A stretch of DNA of 64,000 nt from Candidatus Argoarchaeum ethanivorans (GTDB lineage: Archaea > Halobacteriota > Methanosarcinia > Methanosarcinales > EX4572-44). This document shows, piece after piece, positions 50,289-60,291 of this stretch (the first letter of the stretch is position 1; each line of letters begins with the position of its first letter). The stretch spans positions 4,790-68,789 of the forward strand of contig RPGO01000030.1 in assembly GCA_004193545.1 (NCBI GenBank), written 5' to 3'. The notes under the pieces are model-generated. The model ran no database searches. It saw nothing but the letters and a program-made list of their open reading frames with translations, and was not told where the DNA came from. A program made the translations under genes and the position numbers.

Positions 50289-50884
50289 GTACTCTCCTCA
50301 CGCGCTACAAGCAGCGTTGCATCATCATCATCTCGTGCATACTGTTTGAATAGTTCTTCTGCTATTGTTTGTTCTTCAAGGTTTTGCAGTCTGATACACA
50401 GGTCTGAGTTGATTCGTGAGATTATACCGTCTGTATACATAAGTATTAAATCTCCTCTTTTGTATGGATATGTGTATTCTTTTACTGCCGGCATGTTGTA
50501 CCCGACTATGCCCCCTCTTGGTATAGGATAAATGTTTTTCATACCAATAATGCGTGTTGCAATATTGCCGATCCCTGCATAGCGTATCGTACCACAAGGT
50601 GCATCGACAAGAATTGAAGCCATGACCACACCATCAGTGCTTTTAAGTGCTTCATGGCATCGATTAAAAAGAATGATTAGATTGCAATCTTCGCTGGATT
50701 GAATGTATTTTTTTATGGTGTTTACACATTTGGTTGCAGCATTGTCTGCATGAACTCCGTGCCCTATCCCATCAATAACACTAATTAATATTTTCTGATC
50801 GATTTTTTCAATCACGTAGGAATCGCCATTTGCACTAAAACCCTTCTTTGGTCGACTGATTACACCTACATTCATTTCAACCAC
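50285..50884 (-). CDS. rsbX: PP2C/SpoIIE-type phosphatase (RsbX-like)
   Basis: NGD, IDGIGHG, GIGNI, GIVG, YTDGI, DDAT. Confidence 0.82.
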   Translation of the reverse strand: MVEMNVGVISRPKKGFSANGDSYVIEKIDQKILISVIDGIGHGVHADNAATKCVNTIKKYIQSSEDCNLIILFNRCHEALKSTDGVVMASILVDAPCGTIRYAGIGNIATRIIGMKNIYPIPRGGIVGYNMPAVKEYTYPYKRGDLILMYTDGIISRINSDLCIRLQNLEEQTIAEELFKQYARDDDDATLLVAREEST

Positions 50885-51237
50885 TTCCTTGTTAGGATGC
50901 GTGTTCCATGTGCTTCTGTTGTAATAATCATTTCATCCATCAGATGTTCAATGCTCTTAAGACCTATTCCAAGACCGTGTCCAGTATTTTTTTGCATCAT
51001 GTCTCTGCCGGAATCCTTGCAGATAATTTCAAGTCCTTTCTCGACGGGACGAAACTCCATGGTTCCGCCATCTGCATATTTTACTGCATTTTCAGCAAGT
51101 TCTGAGACAGCGGTAGCAATTCGATATTGATCGTAAACATCAAACCCAACACTTTCTGCAATTTTTTTCACCGTTTCTCGTGCAGTTACAATGCTTGCTT
51201 CACTGTTCACATACAGCACTTCAGTAGCAACTTGCAT
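50872..51237 (-). CDS. RsbT-like GHKL kinase (second, shorter copy)
   Basis: IATAVSELAENAVKYA, D.G, GLGIGL, LMD, GT.I..RKW. Confidence 0.82.
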   Translation of the reverse strand: MQVATEVLYVNSEASIVTARETVKKIAESVGFDVYDQYRIATAVSELAENAVKYADGGTMEFRPVEKGLEIICKDSGRDMMQKNTGHGLGIGLKSIEHLMDEMIITTEAHGTRILTRKWLK

Positions 51238-51243
51238 AACGTG

Positions 51244-51684
51244 TTATCTTAACCATTTCTTAATCGTTACTCTGGTACCTTCTCCAGGTTTTGATTTGAT
51301 GTCAAAGTCATCCATGAGCATTTTTGCACCAGAAAGTCCAAGCCCAAGACTGTTTGATGTGCTGTATCCAGCTTTGAGAACAAGTTCAATGCTTTCTATG
51401 CCAGGTCCCTTATCAGTACATATAATCGCCATACCATCCTTTTTATCAACATCACTGTGTATCTTTTTTATGATCACTTTGCCTTTGCCTGTATAAGTGA
51501 CGATGTTCCTGGTAAGCTCTGAGATAGCAGTGGTGATTTTTGTCTGATCAACGATGTTAAAACCAAGTTGTTTCGCCATTTCTCTCCCAACACCCCGTGC
51601 AGTAATGATGTCTGCACTGGATTTGATTGATATTCTTTTTTCTGTCTCACTCAAAACGAAACCACCCAACCTTTCACATTTCAA
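51244..51684 (-). CDS. rsbT: Stressosome serine/threonine kinase RsbT
   Basis: DII.AR..GR..A.QLGF..VDQ..ITTAISEL.RNI, DKGPGI, GYST..SLGLGL.G.K.LMDDF. Confidence 0.9.
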   Translation of the reverse strand: MKCERLGGFVLSETEKRISIKSSADIITARGVGREMAKQLGFNIVDQTKITTAISELTRNIVTYTGKGKVIIKKIHSDVDKKDGMAIICTDKGPGIESIELVLKAGYSTSNSLGLGLSGAKMLMDDFDIKSKPGEGTRVTIKKWLR

Positions 51685-52042
51685 TACGTCTTTTTAATAT
51701 ATCTATTCCTTTTTCAAGGTTCAATGCAGTATTTAGATTCCACTTGATACGTATTCCAAGTTCTACAAGTGTTAATGCAACCGCGGGACGGATGCCAACC
51801 ACAACAGTCTTTGCACCAAGGAGGTCAGCGGTGTTTGCAATGTTTGAAAGAGTTCTACCCATGAAACTGTCAACCACATCAAGGGCAGTAATGTCAATAA
51901 TCAATCCAGATGCACTAACTTCCTTAATTCTGGATAATATGTCTTTTTGCAGCTTTAATATCTCATCATCTGACATTTCTGCCTGGATGGTCACAACAAG
52001 AAAATTCTCAATTTTTAATATAGGAATATCCAACCAGAGCAC
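51674..52042 (-). CDS. rsbS: Stressosome STAS protein RsbS
   Basis: IPILK, IDITALDVVDSF (conserved phospho-Ser), GIRPAVALTLVELG, TALNLEKG. Confidence 0.9.
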   Translation of the reverse strand: MLWLDIPILKIENFLVVTIQAEMSDDEILKLQKDILSRIKEVSASGLIIDITALDVVDSFMGRTLSNIANTADLLGAKTVVVGIRPAVALTLVELGIRIKWNLNTALNLEKGIDILKRRIEM

Positions 52043-52043
52043 C

Positions 52044-52856
52044 TCACTTTTGAAGCATTTCGTCAGCTAACTTGAGCCCTGTACGAAGATTGTTTTTTGT
52101 AATCAGTGTTGAAATGTCAACACCAATGTTTACCAGTGTTTGCGCATTTGGTGGGCTTATTCCTGTGATAATGGTTTCTGCACCAAGCATTTTTGCTGCC
52201 TGCACAGTTTTTATTATATGGTTTGCTACCAGACTGTCAATAATCGGAACCCCCGTAAGGTCAATAATAATAATGGATGCCTGGTATTCAGCAATCTTGT
52301 TTAACAGTTCCTCCACGATTTGCTGTGACCTTGCAGAGTCGATGATTCCGATTAAGGGCAGTATCAGCATTTCATCCCGTATTTGCAGTACTGGTATGGA
52401 TAAAGCAAGCATCGCTTCTTTTTGCTGTTGCAGAATCTCTTTCTCGCTTTCTTCTACAAAAGCAAGAGCCTTGATAGACACAATTTTATTTATAACGGTT
52501 GCACAAGCAGATATAAGATCGCAAAGTCTTTTATCATCTTTGAATTTTTCAAATATGAAACATTGATACACATCTCGAAGTTTTAACATGCCACCTATAA
52601 TCTGGTCAACAGCCATGTGTTGAAGCACAGCTTTCTGTGCTATATCTCTTGCATATTTTTCAGCATCGCCATATTTACCGGTTTTGAAGGTTGATACAGC
52701 TATATTATATAGATTAGTGAACTGTTTTTCTATTTCATCATCGCTTACCTGTTCAAGAAAACCAAGCTTTTTCATCTCAGATATCCACTGCTCTTTCAAC
52801 TGATCCGCATGACCCTCAAACAACAAACTCAACTCTTTGTTCAGATCCCTACTCAT
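52044..52856 (-). CDS. rsbR: Stressosome sensor RsbR (N-terminal helical domain + STAS)
   Basis: LS.PV, LPLIG.IDS.R, IDLTGVP.IDS.VA.H, LGA..IITGI.P..AQTLV. Confidence 0.9.
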   Translation of the reverse strand: MSRDLNKELSLLFEGHADQLKEQWISEMKKLGFLEQVSDDEIEKQFTNLYNIAVSTFKTGKYGDAEKYARDIAQKAVLQHMAVDQIIGGMLKLRDVYQCFIFEKFKDDKRLCDLISACATVINKIVSIKALAFVEESEKEILQQQKEAMLALSIPVLQIRDEMLILPLIGIIDSARSQQIVEELLNKIAEYQASIIIIDLTGVPIIDSLVANHIIKTVQAAKMLGAETIITGISPPNAQTLVNIGVDISTLITKNNLRTGLKLADEMLQK

Positions 52857-52867
52857 GCCGTATCACC

Positions 52868-53046
52868 CGCACACTCCGTGTACGGAAATAACTCTTGATT
52901 GTAGTTCAAATCCCTACTCATGCTATATCACCCTTGGCTATTTTGTGCCTTGAAAATACCTGCTATTGGTTTCTGCACTCGATTGCTAACGCACTCGAGA
53001 ATTGGCCGTTAACCGTTATCTCTGCACAACGAAGTTGTGCAGTGCT
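52868..53046. repeat. Palindromic intergenic repeat cluster (same family)
   Basis: CGCACACTCCGTGTACGGAAATAACTCTTGATTG, TGCACTCGATTGC..GCACTCGAG, CTGCACAACGAAGTTGTGCAG. Confidence 0.85.
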
Positions 53047-53088
53047 GTATCACAACCTTGCTATTATGTTCTCTTTGAAAATACAGGA

Positions 53089-54672
53089 CTATAATACTAT
53101 CTGCTGGGCACTGACGATGCCATCTACTGCCTGCACTTCTTTTAGAATCTCTTCGGTTATGGGTGTGTCGATGTTTAGAATCATTATGGCATTACTCCCC
53201 TGTTTGATGCGTCCTACCTGCATGCCTGCGATATTGGTATTGTGTTTTCCAAGTACCACGCAGCATGGACCTATTATATTTGGTCGATCTTCGTGTATTA
53301 CCAGTATCATATATTTGCTTGCAGTGATGTTTATGTGATAATCATCTATCTGCACGATGTGATTTTCACTGCCAACAACAATACCGTTTACTTTCTTGGC
53401 AGCATCTCCATAAGTAATAATCAAGCTTACGACACTTGGGTAACAGTCTGTAGTATCTGATTTGCTTTCAGTGACTTTTATTTTTCTCTCTTTTGCAATT
53501 ACCGGTGCATTGATATAATTCACGCCCGAACCAAGAGCAGACTCCAGCAATCCTTTTAGAGCAGCTATAGTAACAGTATCAACATCCTTGTTTGCAATAT
53601 CGCCCTGGTAAGAGACTTCCACAGCATCATAGTTGCCTCCAACAAGCTGTGCACCAATAAGACCAAGTGTTTCTGCCAGATGTACATACGGGGTGATAAT
53701 ATTCACAACCTCTGGACGCACATAGGGCATGTTTATAGCATTTTTTACTTGCTGTCCTGATAATTCATTTTTAATCTGTTCTGCAACAGTAATTGCTACT
53801 TTTATCTGTGCCTCCTCGGTGGATGCTCCAAGATGTGGCGTGAGTACAATGTTATCAAGCTCCAAGAGCTTGCTTTTAAGTGGAGGCTCTTCAACAAATA
53901 CATCAATAGCTGCTCCTGCAATCCTTTTGAGTCTGAGTGCATCATATAGTGCATCTTCGTTGATTATACCGCCGCGAGCACAGTTTATCACCCGCGCAGA
54001 AGGCTTCATTTTGGCAAACTCCCCGGTGCTGATCAGGTCTCTGGTGCTTGCGGTCAGTGGTACGTGAACTGTGATGTAGTCTGATTTTTTAATGAGGTCG
54101 TCAACTGTTGTAAGCTTTACTCCAAGTTCAGAAGCTCTTTCATCTGAAATATATGGGTCATAAGCAAGAATGTTCATTTCAAAACCCATCGCTCTTCGCA
54201 CAACCTCTGCACCAACACGGCCCAGTCCAATAACTCCAAGAGTCTTGCCCCGAAGTTCCACTCCAAGGAATTTCTTACGCTCCCATTTTTTAGCCTTCAG
54301 ACTTGCATGTGCATCTGGTATTTCCCTTGAGAGTGCAAGGGTCATAGCAACGGTGTGTTCAGCAGCAGAGATGGTATTTCCTTCTGGAGCATTTACCACC
54401 ACCACTCCCTTCTGGGTGGCAGCATCCACATCGATATTATCCACTCCAACACCTGCACGACCGATTATTTTTAGCTTACTGCCAGCTTCGATGACCTCTT
54501 TTGTTACCATCGTCTGGCTTCGAACCATCAGAGCATCGTACATGGGTATTCTCTTAATCAATTCACCAGAGGTTAAATCGGTTGCAATATCCACTAAAAA
54601 TTTCTGCTGGAGTATCTCAATACCTTCCTCTGCAATCTGGTCAGTTACAAGAACCTTAAAATCCATAAACAT
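53089..54672 (-). CDS. serA: D-3-phosphoglycerate dehydrogenase
   Basis: RAGVGVDNID, GLGRVG, NCARGGI, TPHLGAST; C-terminal ACT domain. Confidence 0.95.
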   Translation of the reverse strand: MFMDFKVLVTDQIAEEGIEILQQKFLVDIATDLTSGELIKRIPMYDALMVRSQTMVTKEVIEAGSKLKIIGRAGVGVDNIDVDAATQKGVVVVNAPEGNTISAAEHTVAMTLALSREIPDAHASLKAKKWERKKFLGVELRGKTLGVIGLGRVGAEVVRRAMGFEMNILAYDPYISDERASELGVKLTTVDDLIKKSDYITVHVPLTASTRDLISTGEFAKMKPSARVINCARGGIINEDALYDALRLKRIAGAAIDVFVEEPPLKSKLLELDNIVLTPHLGASTEEAQIKVAITVAEQIKNELSGQQVKNAINMPYVRPEVVNIITPYVHLAETLGLIGAQLVGGNYDAVEVSYQGDIANKDVDTVTIAALKGLLESALGSGVNYINAPVIAKERKIKVTESKSDTTDCYPSVVSLIITYGDAAKKVNGIVVGSENHIVQIDDYHINITASKYMILVIHEDRPNIIGPCCVVLGKHNTNIAGMQVGRIKQGSNAIMILNIDTPITEEILKEVQAVDGIVSAQQIVL

Positions 54673-54815
54673 GTCCTCACATAAAAAATTATGTTAATAG
54701 TACCTCTTTTTCAGGACATAATGTAACTCGATTATTTAATAGTTCCTATAGTCATATCTTCCGTAGAAAACCATTCCCATGACCTCAGTTTGCAACAGGG
54801 GCTAAAACTATAAGA

Positions 54816-55565
54816 ATGAATAAGATACAAACCGGCAAAAGGATGCACGAGATTACCGTACTGCTGTGTTCTGTGAAAGCTGAGGCAGAACACCTCCAGG
54901 ATAAAATCAAAAACACTACCTCAATGACTATAGGAAGAAGGCAGGTCCACTTGGGAGAACTCGCAGGCAATAAGATCATGTTTGTTGTAAGCGGGGTTGG
55001 AAAAACCAATGTATCGCACACGTTAACAGCAATCATGGAACAAATAAACCCTCGAAGGGTGATTCTGTTTGGATGTGCTGGAGCTTATCTAGATACAGGG
55101 CTAACAACTGGAGATTTAACAGTAGCTACAAAGGAGGTATATGGTGACGAAGGGATTCTCACGCCAGATGGTTTTTGCGATCTTCAACAGATAAATCTGC
55201 CAACTATTGATACGCCAGAGAACACCTGTTATAATGAATTTTTACTGGATGCTGAGCTATCTAAACGCGCTATGGAAGTTTTGAAAAATAATGGCTATGC
55301 ACCACGTATTGGTACATTTGTTACTGTGTCTTGCTGCTCAGGCACACAAAAACAAGGTGAACGCTTACATCGTCTTTTTGGTGGTATATGCGAAAACATG
55401 GAGGGTGCAGCAGCAGCTCATGTGTGCACCATTTATGATGTTCCACTTGTTGAAGTTCGGGGAATCAGTAATCTTGTCGTGGATAGGTCTGAACAGGTAT
55501 GGAATCTGCCACTCGCAGTATCAAGATGCCAGCAGGCAGTGCTTACACTGCTTGAGGAAATATGA
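54816..55565 (+). CDS. mqnB: Futalosine hydrolase-like nucleosidase (PNP/MTAN fold)
   Basis: SGVGKTN, GCAGAY, E.YGDEG..TPDGF insert, TVS.CSGT, ENMEGAA.A, RGISN.V.DR...W. Confidence 0.72.
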   Translation: MNKIQTGKRMHEITVLLCSVKAEAEHLQDKIKNTTSMTIGRRQVHLGELAGNKIMFVVSGVGKTNVSHTLTAIMEQINPRRVILFGCAGAYLDTGLTTGDLTVATKEVYGDEGILTPDGFCDLQQINLPTIDTPENTCYNEFLLDAELSKRAMEVLKNNGYAPRIGTFVTVSCCSGTQKQGERLHRLFGGICENMEGAAAAHVCTIYDVPLVEVRGISNLVVDRSEQVWNLPLAVSRCQQAVLTLLEEI

Positions 55566-55645
55566 TGCACTCGATTGCTTCGCAATCGAGAGTTGTTTCC
55601 GCACACGAAGTGTGTAGTTCTGCGAAAGCGAAGTTGTGCAGTTTC
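55566..55645. repeat. Palindromic intergenic repeat cluster (same family)
   Basis: TGCACTCGATTGC-TTC-GCAATCGAGAGT, CACAC-GAA-GTGTG, GCGAAAGCGAAGTTGTGCAG. Confidence 0.88.
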
Positions 55646-55737
55646 TTGAATGTGTAGGAAATTATAAACGCGACGCTACTGTTCTGGTTAAATTTGAATC
55701 CCATCAATGAGATGATCCAGTCCCACCATCTTCTCTA

Positions 55738-57045
55738 TTAACGCAGTGTGCATCCAATACCTTCTAAAAGCTCTGTAATCTGCTGCATAGTTTGCCTGTG
55801 GTTTTCTGCAATCATCATTATTCGGTAAGTAATACCCTGCTTATCCTGATCTTGACGCTGGTAGGTGTCAATAATCTCTGCGCTGTTTATTATATCTGGG
55901 AAGGACTGTTGTATTATCTGCCTGATGGTGCCAGGGTTTGATCCTTCCGGAACGTAAACTGAGATGTCCTTTGTAACATGAGACATGTACTCTTTTTTCC
56001 ATTGCAGGTATTCTTCATCTCTTAGAAGTTTTATGTTTTCAATTTTCAAGGTGGTTCTTTTCTTATTTTTTTGAAGTGTTATGGTAAGTGGTGTCACCCC
56101 TGTAAGAGTACCTGTGTGGATCTTGTTTGTGTAGAGATGCTCGACAGCACAGTGTCTTCCAGTTCGTTGAATGAGTGTTTCATACTCTACTATTTTGTTG
56201 TGTATGAGTTTGTCTGAGCGCCTCTGTGCTGATTCAGTGTTCTTGAAATGCACTGCTGCTAATTTCATTTTTTGCACAAATCCTTCGACATCGCCTCTTT
56301 TTATAAGGTCTGATAGCTGTTTGCATTGTGTGATATATATGTCATGCAGATCATTTACCTGTGGATTTGTTTGTATCATGGCATACAGGTAAGGGTTTTG
56401 TGCAAGTATGCGCCCTACAAAATCAAGCATAATCTCATACACCGGGCTCATAAATCTTCTGGATTTTGCAACATCAAAATTAATGGCTTCCAGTGTTGTG
56501 CCGATAGAAATATAAGCAAAGTGGGTAAGTCCCTGCACCACGCGCATGATTTCATCATGTTCTCTTGGGGTTATGATTTCAATGTGAGCTCCGCTGTCAG
56601 CATATATTTGTTTAACCAGCGGCAGCCAGTGCTTGCAACGCGCTGTTGGTGTAAGTATCACGGTTTGTCCACGAATATCTGAAATACTTGGACCAAACAT
56701 CGGGTGAGTGCCGAGAAATTCAACATCCTCTGGAGTATATTTTTCCATCGCTGCAACAGCTTCCATTTTTATTGAAGTAACATCCATCAGAAGGCTTCTA
56801 GACTTCATTTTTGGCGCAGTCTGTGCAATCATATCCTCTGTTCTGTTGATAGGAACTGAAATCATCACTACATCGCTTGTGTGTATGGTTTCATCAAGGT
56901 CTTCTGCAAACGGCACATTAAGTTTTTTTGCAATATCAAGACGGTGGTTTTTGCCCCACACATGAACATCGAAACCCCTGCTTTGAAAAAATTTGACGAA
57001 CCACTGACCTGTGTCACCAGTACCGCCAATGATTAGCATTTTCAT
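55738..57045 (-). CDS. tyrA: Prephenate dehydrogenase with a C-terminal extension
   Basis: GGTGDTG, DVTSIK, THPMFGP, EHD..M.VVQGLTH. Confidence 0.9.
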   Translation of the reverse strand: MKMLIIGGTGDTGQWFVKFFQSRGFDVHVWGKNHRLDIAKKLNVPFAEDLDETIHTSDVVMISVPINRTEDMIAQTAPKMKSRSLLMDVTSIKMEAVAAMEKYTPEDVEFLGTHPMFGPSISDIRGQTVILTPTARCKHWLPLVKQIYADSGAHIEIITPREHDEIMRVVQGLTHFAYISIGTTLEAINFDVAKSRRFMSPVYEIMLDFVGRILAQNPYLYAMIQTNPQVNDLHDIYITQCKQLSDLIKRGDVEGFVQKMKLAAVHFKNTESAQRRSDKLIHNKIVEYETLIQRTGRHCAVEHLYTNKIHTGTLTGVTPLTITLQKNKKRTTLKIENIKLLRDEEYLQWKKEYMSHVTKDISVYVPEGSNPGTIRQIIQQSFPDIINSAEIIDTYQRQDQDKQGITYRIMMIAENHRQTMQQITELLEGIGCTLR

Positions 57046-57869
57046 TGTTTCTCACCAAGTGCAGTGAGCAGTGCTTTATTCATAACATCAACTGGTTCTG
57101 ATATACCAGTCCATATTCTAAACGCTTCAGCACCCTGGTAAATCAACATCTTCTCACCAGTGATGATTCTTGCACCAGAAGCTTCAGCTTCCTTCAGCAA
57201 TCTGGTATGCAGAGGATTGTAGACAATATCAAAAACAACAAGATTCGAGTGCATCATCTCCTTTTTAACAAGTGTGTTATTGGTATCTGGGTACATGCCA
57301 ACCGATGTGGAATTTATAAGAATGTCAGCCTCTGCAATATGCTTTTTAAGTTCTGTTAAACTAAATCCTTCTGCTTTTCCAATTACTGAGACATCCTGTG
57401 CAAGTGACTGTGCCCTCTCTTCTGTCCGATTTACAATAAGCAGTCTTGCACCGGCGAGAGCAAACTGAAACGAGATTGCACGAGAAGCGCCACCAGCGCC
57501 AAGCAGTAGCACGGTCTTATCTTTAATAGAAATACCAGCACTTTCAACCGCCTTCTTTGCACCAATTCCATCAGTATTATATCCTCTCATACCATTTTTA
57601 AAATCCACGGTGTTTACAGCGCCAATTTGCCCTGCAATAGGATCCGGTTCGACAAATTTCAAAGCAGCTTCCTTTAAAGGAATTGTTAGGTTCACCCCAC
57701 CAAAACCCATCGCCTGTGCGCCTGAAAGAGCATTTCCAAGGTTCTCTCTCTTAACTTTGAAAGCATGATAGCGTGCCGATAGACCAAGAGCAGATATAGC
57801 AGCATTATGTATAACGGGCGAGAGACTGTGCGATATCGGATCTCCAAAAACAGCAAACACTTGCTCCAT
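57042..57869 (-). CDS. aroE: Shikimate dehydrogenase
   Basis: G.PI.HSLSP..HN, NLTIPLK, GAVNT, NTDG, GAGGA, DIVYNP. Start set at ATG 57869. Confidence 0.95.
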   Translation of the reverse strand: MEQVFAVFGDPISHSLSPVIHNAAISALGLSARYHAFKVKRENLGNALSGAQAMGFGGVNLTIPLKEAALKFVEPDPIAGQIGAVNTVDFKNGMRGYNTDGIGAKKAVESAGISIKDKTVLLLGAGGASRAISFQFALAGARLLIVNRTEERAQSLAQDVSVIGKAEGFSLTELKKHIAEADILINSTSVGMYPDTNNTLVKKEMMHSNLVVFDIVYNPLHTRLLKEAEASGARIITGEKMLIYQGAEAFRIWTGISEPVDVMNKALLTALGEKQ

Positions 57870-57910
57870 CAAGTAAACTACACAGTAATAAGAAGTAGAA
57901 AAAAGTTTCG

Positions 57911-58056
57911 TAACTGCACAACTTCGTTGTGCAGAAACAACTCTCGATTGCGAAGCAATCGAGTGCATAGAAAATAACAGGTAGCTTTTAATTCTCGACT
58001 CTCGCAAGCACTACACAACTTCGCTTTCGCAGAACTACACACTTCGTGTGTAGAAA
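57911..58056. repeat. Palindromic intergenic repeat cluster (same family)
   Basis: CTGCACAAC-TTC-GTTGTGCAG and CTCGATTGC-GAA-GCAATCGAG. The ~75-bp unit GGTAGCTTTTAA...TTCGCTTTCGCAGAAC matches the one starting at 10958. Confidence 0.88.
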
Positions 58057-58126
58057 ATAAAAGATGAGCGTAATTGCTCATCTCAACGTTTTAATTTATT
58101 TGCTTTTTCCTTCGTCTATTACTCTA

Positions 58127-59344
58127 TTAGACTACAGCCACAGATTCTTCCGCATCTACCAGGCCATGGCCATATAGCTTTGAATCTCCTAAAGGATCTG
58201 CTGTTGTCTGAAGAACGCTTCTAACATCGCTCTCATTATTGGCCGCCAATATCAGCGCTGCCGTACCGCTTACATGTGGACATGCCATACTTGTTCCATT
58301 TATTGTGTCGTATCCTTCGTCAAGCCATGTCGATTTTATATCTACCCCTGGTGCTGCCAGCTCAAGGTAATATCCGGAATTACTCCAGTAAGGAGCTGCA
58401 TTACTCTGATCTATAGCACCTACCGCAATAACCGAACCACAAGCAGCAGGATATGATATTTCATCTGTTGCAGGATCTCCATCTCCATCGTTTCCAGCAG
58501 CCGCAACGAGAATCAACCCATTTATGGATGCAGTATTGCATGCCTCTTCCATAGCTTGCGAATCAAATCCACCGCCAAGGCTCATGGATATTACGTCCAT
58601 ACCATTAGCTACAGACCACTGGATACCATCGATTATATCACTGTAAGTTCCGCTTCCATCGTTTCGCAAAACTTTCACGCCATAAAGCGATGCACCCGGA
58701 GCGACACCCACAACGCCTATATCATTGTTTTCGGCTGCGATTATACCTGCACAATGTGTTCCGTGCCCGTTCTTATCTGTCCAGTCTCTTGGTTTAGTCG
58801 ATTCTCTCGGCCCGATCACACTCACACCGCCTTTAACATTGTCATCGAGATCAGGATGTTTGTACGCTATACCTGTATCCAGAACCGCAACTTTAACACC
58901 AGTGCCTGTGGTCATAGTCCATGCAAGTTCTGCATCTATCCGGTCAACGCCCCACTGTAATTCCTGTGGTGGTTGTTCTTTTTTTGGTTTGTCTTTTCCT
59001 GGTGGTGATGCGGGTTTGCCCAATGCATACACCATCGCATCCTCTTCAACATACATCACGTTAGGGTTCTTTTGTATTGCTTCGATAGCTTTTGGCGGAA
59101 GAGTAGCAGCCATAGCAGGAATTATCTTCCAGACCTTGTTGACCGTTCCGCCGTGAGACTCTACAACTTCCCGCATCTCATTGGAGTGGGGCTCTTTGAA
59201 CCCGATGATCACCGAAACCGGTGTACTATTTTGGCTTTCCCGTGCAACTACCAGACCTGCAAAGGTTGATACGATAAGCACCGCGACAACAAAAGTTCCT
59301 ACGATTTTACTTTTCATTTTACTTTTCATTTCACATTCCTCCAA
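58127..59344 (-). CDS. Secreted subtilisin-family (S8) serine protease with I9 propeptide
   Basis: VLDTG, HGTHCAG, AAAGN, GTSMACPH; signal peptide. Confidence 0.93.
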   Translation of the reverse strand: MEECEMKSKMKSKIVGTFVVAVLIVSTFAGLVVARESQNSTPVSVIIGFKEPHSNEMREVVESHGGTVNKVWKIIPAMAATLPPKAIEAIQKNPNVMYVEEDAMVYALGKPASPPGKDKPKKEQPPQELQWGVDRIDAELAWTMTTGTGVKVAVLDTGIAYKHPDLDDNVKGGVSVIGPRESTKPRDWTDKNGHGTHCAGIIAAENNDIGVVGVAPGASLYGVKVLRNDGSGTYSDIIDGIQWSVANGMDVISMSLGGGFDSQAMEEACNTASINGLILVAAAGNDGDGDPATDEISYPAACGSVIAVGAIDQSNAAPYWSNSGYYLELAAPGVDIKSTWLDEGYDTINGTSMACPHVSGTAALILAANNESDVRSVLQTTADPLGDSKLYGHGLVDAEESVAVV

Positions 59345-59712
59345 CTGTTTTTATCCTAACAACACCGCTGGCGTATTGTCTCGATGCGCTTATCATCGTG
59401 CCTTTTTTAAAGGGCAAATCTCCATGCATCTCAGATTTTAAGCCGCGGTTTTTCCTTTTAGCACATACCATTATAGGTACAGAGCTTGTTAGCGTTTTTC
59501 GCTTATAAGGGTTTCGTTCTATTTGTTCTGTGTATGGATATATTTCTCAACTACCTCCCAACCGTGTCCTACAGAGGCATGATAATATCCTGGGGCTCAT
59601 AGGTGATTGAGGCACCATTCCTTCAGATGTGGGAAGTATACAGCTACAGAATACTTTGGCGGGTACCAAAAAGAGGCGTTAAAATCCATCCTGTAAAAAA
59701 CTTGTGGGAAAT

Positions 59713-59802
59713 TGACTGTTGACTTGCTCGTGTGTTATACCAGAACTCTGAATTTTCCAGACGTTCAAAATCGAAACAATCCAACACCTGGGAGAGTTTA
59801 CA
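59713..59802. mobile_element. Degenerate remnant of the 45266-type MITE
   Basis: CTGTTGACTTGCTCGTGTGTTATACCAGAACTC...TCGAAACAATCCAACACC..GGAGAGTTTACA resembles the MITE and IS ends at 45266-47107. Confidence 0.65.
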
Positions 59803-59921
59803 CACATGAAGAACAATCTTTATGTAGTAGTAAGTGTATGCACTGGTAGTCTTATCTAAGATGCAAGTTTTTGTGCCTAAGTTCAGGCTAAAACTGCGGC
59901 TCGATGTGAGGGCACAATAAT

Positions 59922-60284
59922 ATGAGTAAAAGATCTAAAACGAATCCAACTTTGATACAATTGATTAACGAATTAAAAACCAAATCCCGCATCGAGGACG
60001 TTTCTATCTGGCGAGTTATTGCAAAGAGGTTCGAACGTCCAACCCGGAGATTTGCAGAAGTAAATATCAGTAAAATCAATAGATATGCTTCAGATAATGA
60101 TACTGTGATCGTTCCTGGAAAAGTACTTAGTGCAGGAAACATTGACCATTCTGTTACTGTTGCTGCGTTTAATTTCAGCATCAATGCAGAAGATAAAATA
60201 CATAAAGCTGGTGGAACCTGTCTTTCCATTGCAGAGCTAATAGAGACAAATCCAAAAGGCAGTAATGTCAGGATAATGGAGTGA
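59922..60284 (+). CDS. rpl18e: 50S ribosomal protein L18e
   Basis: KTNP.L, EVNISKINRY, VPGKVL, NPKG. Confidence 0.95.
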   Translation: MSKRSKTNPTLIQLINELKTKSRIEDVSIWRVIAKRFERPTRRFAEVNISKINRYASDNDTVIVPGKVLSAGNIDHSVTVAAFNFSINAEDKIHKAGGTCLSIAELIETNPKGSNVRIME

Positions 60285-60291
60285 TGTAGTA

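Noticed and set aside
57870-58007. N-terminal extension of AroE
   Set aside because: It is mostly translated repeat sequence; homology starts at MEQVFAVFG.
59520-59712. Possible ncRNA or IS remnant upstream of the S8 protease
   Set aside because: No convincing TIRs, hairpin family or motif could be supported by eye.
59820-59921. tRNA-Leu often found upstream of rpl18e
   Set aside because: No cloverleaf or T-loop consensus visible.
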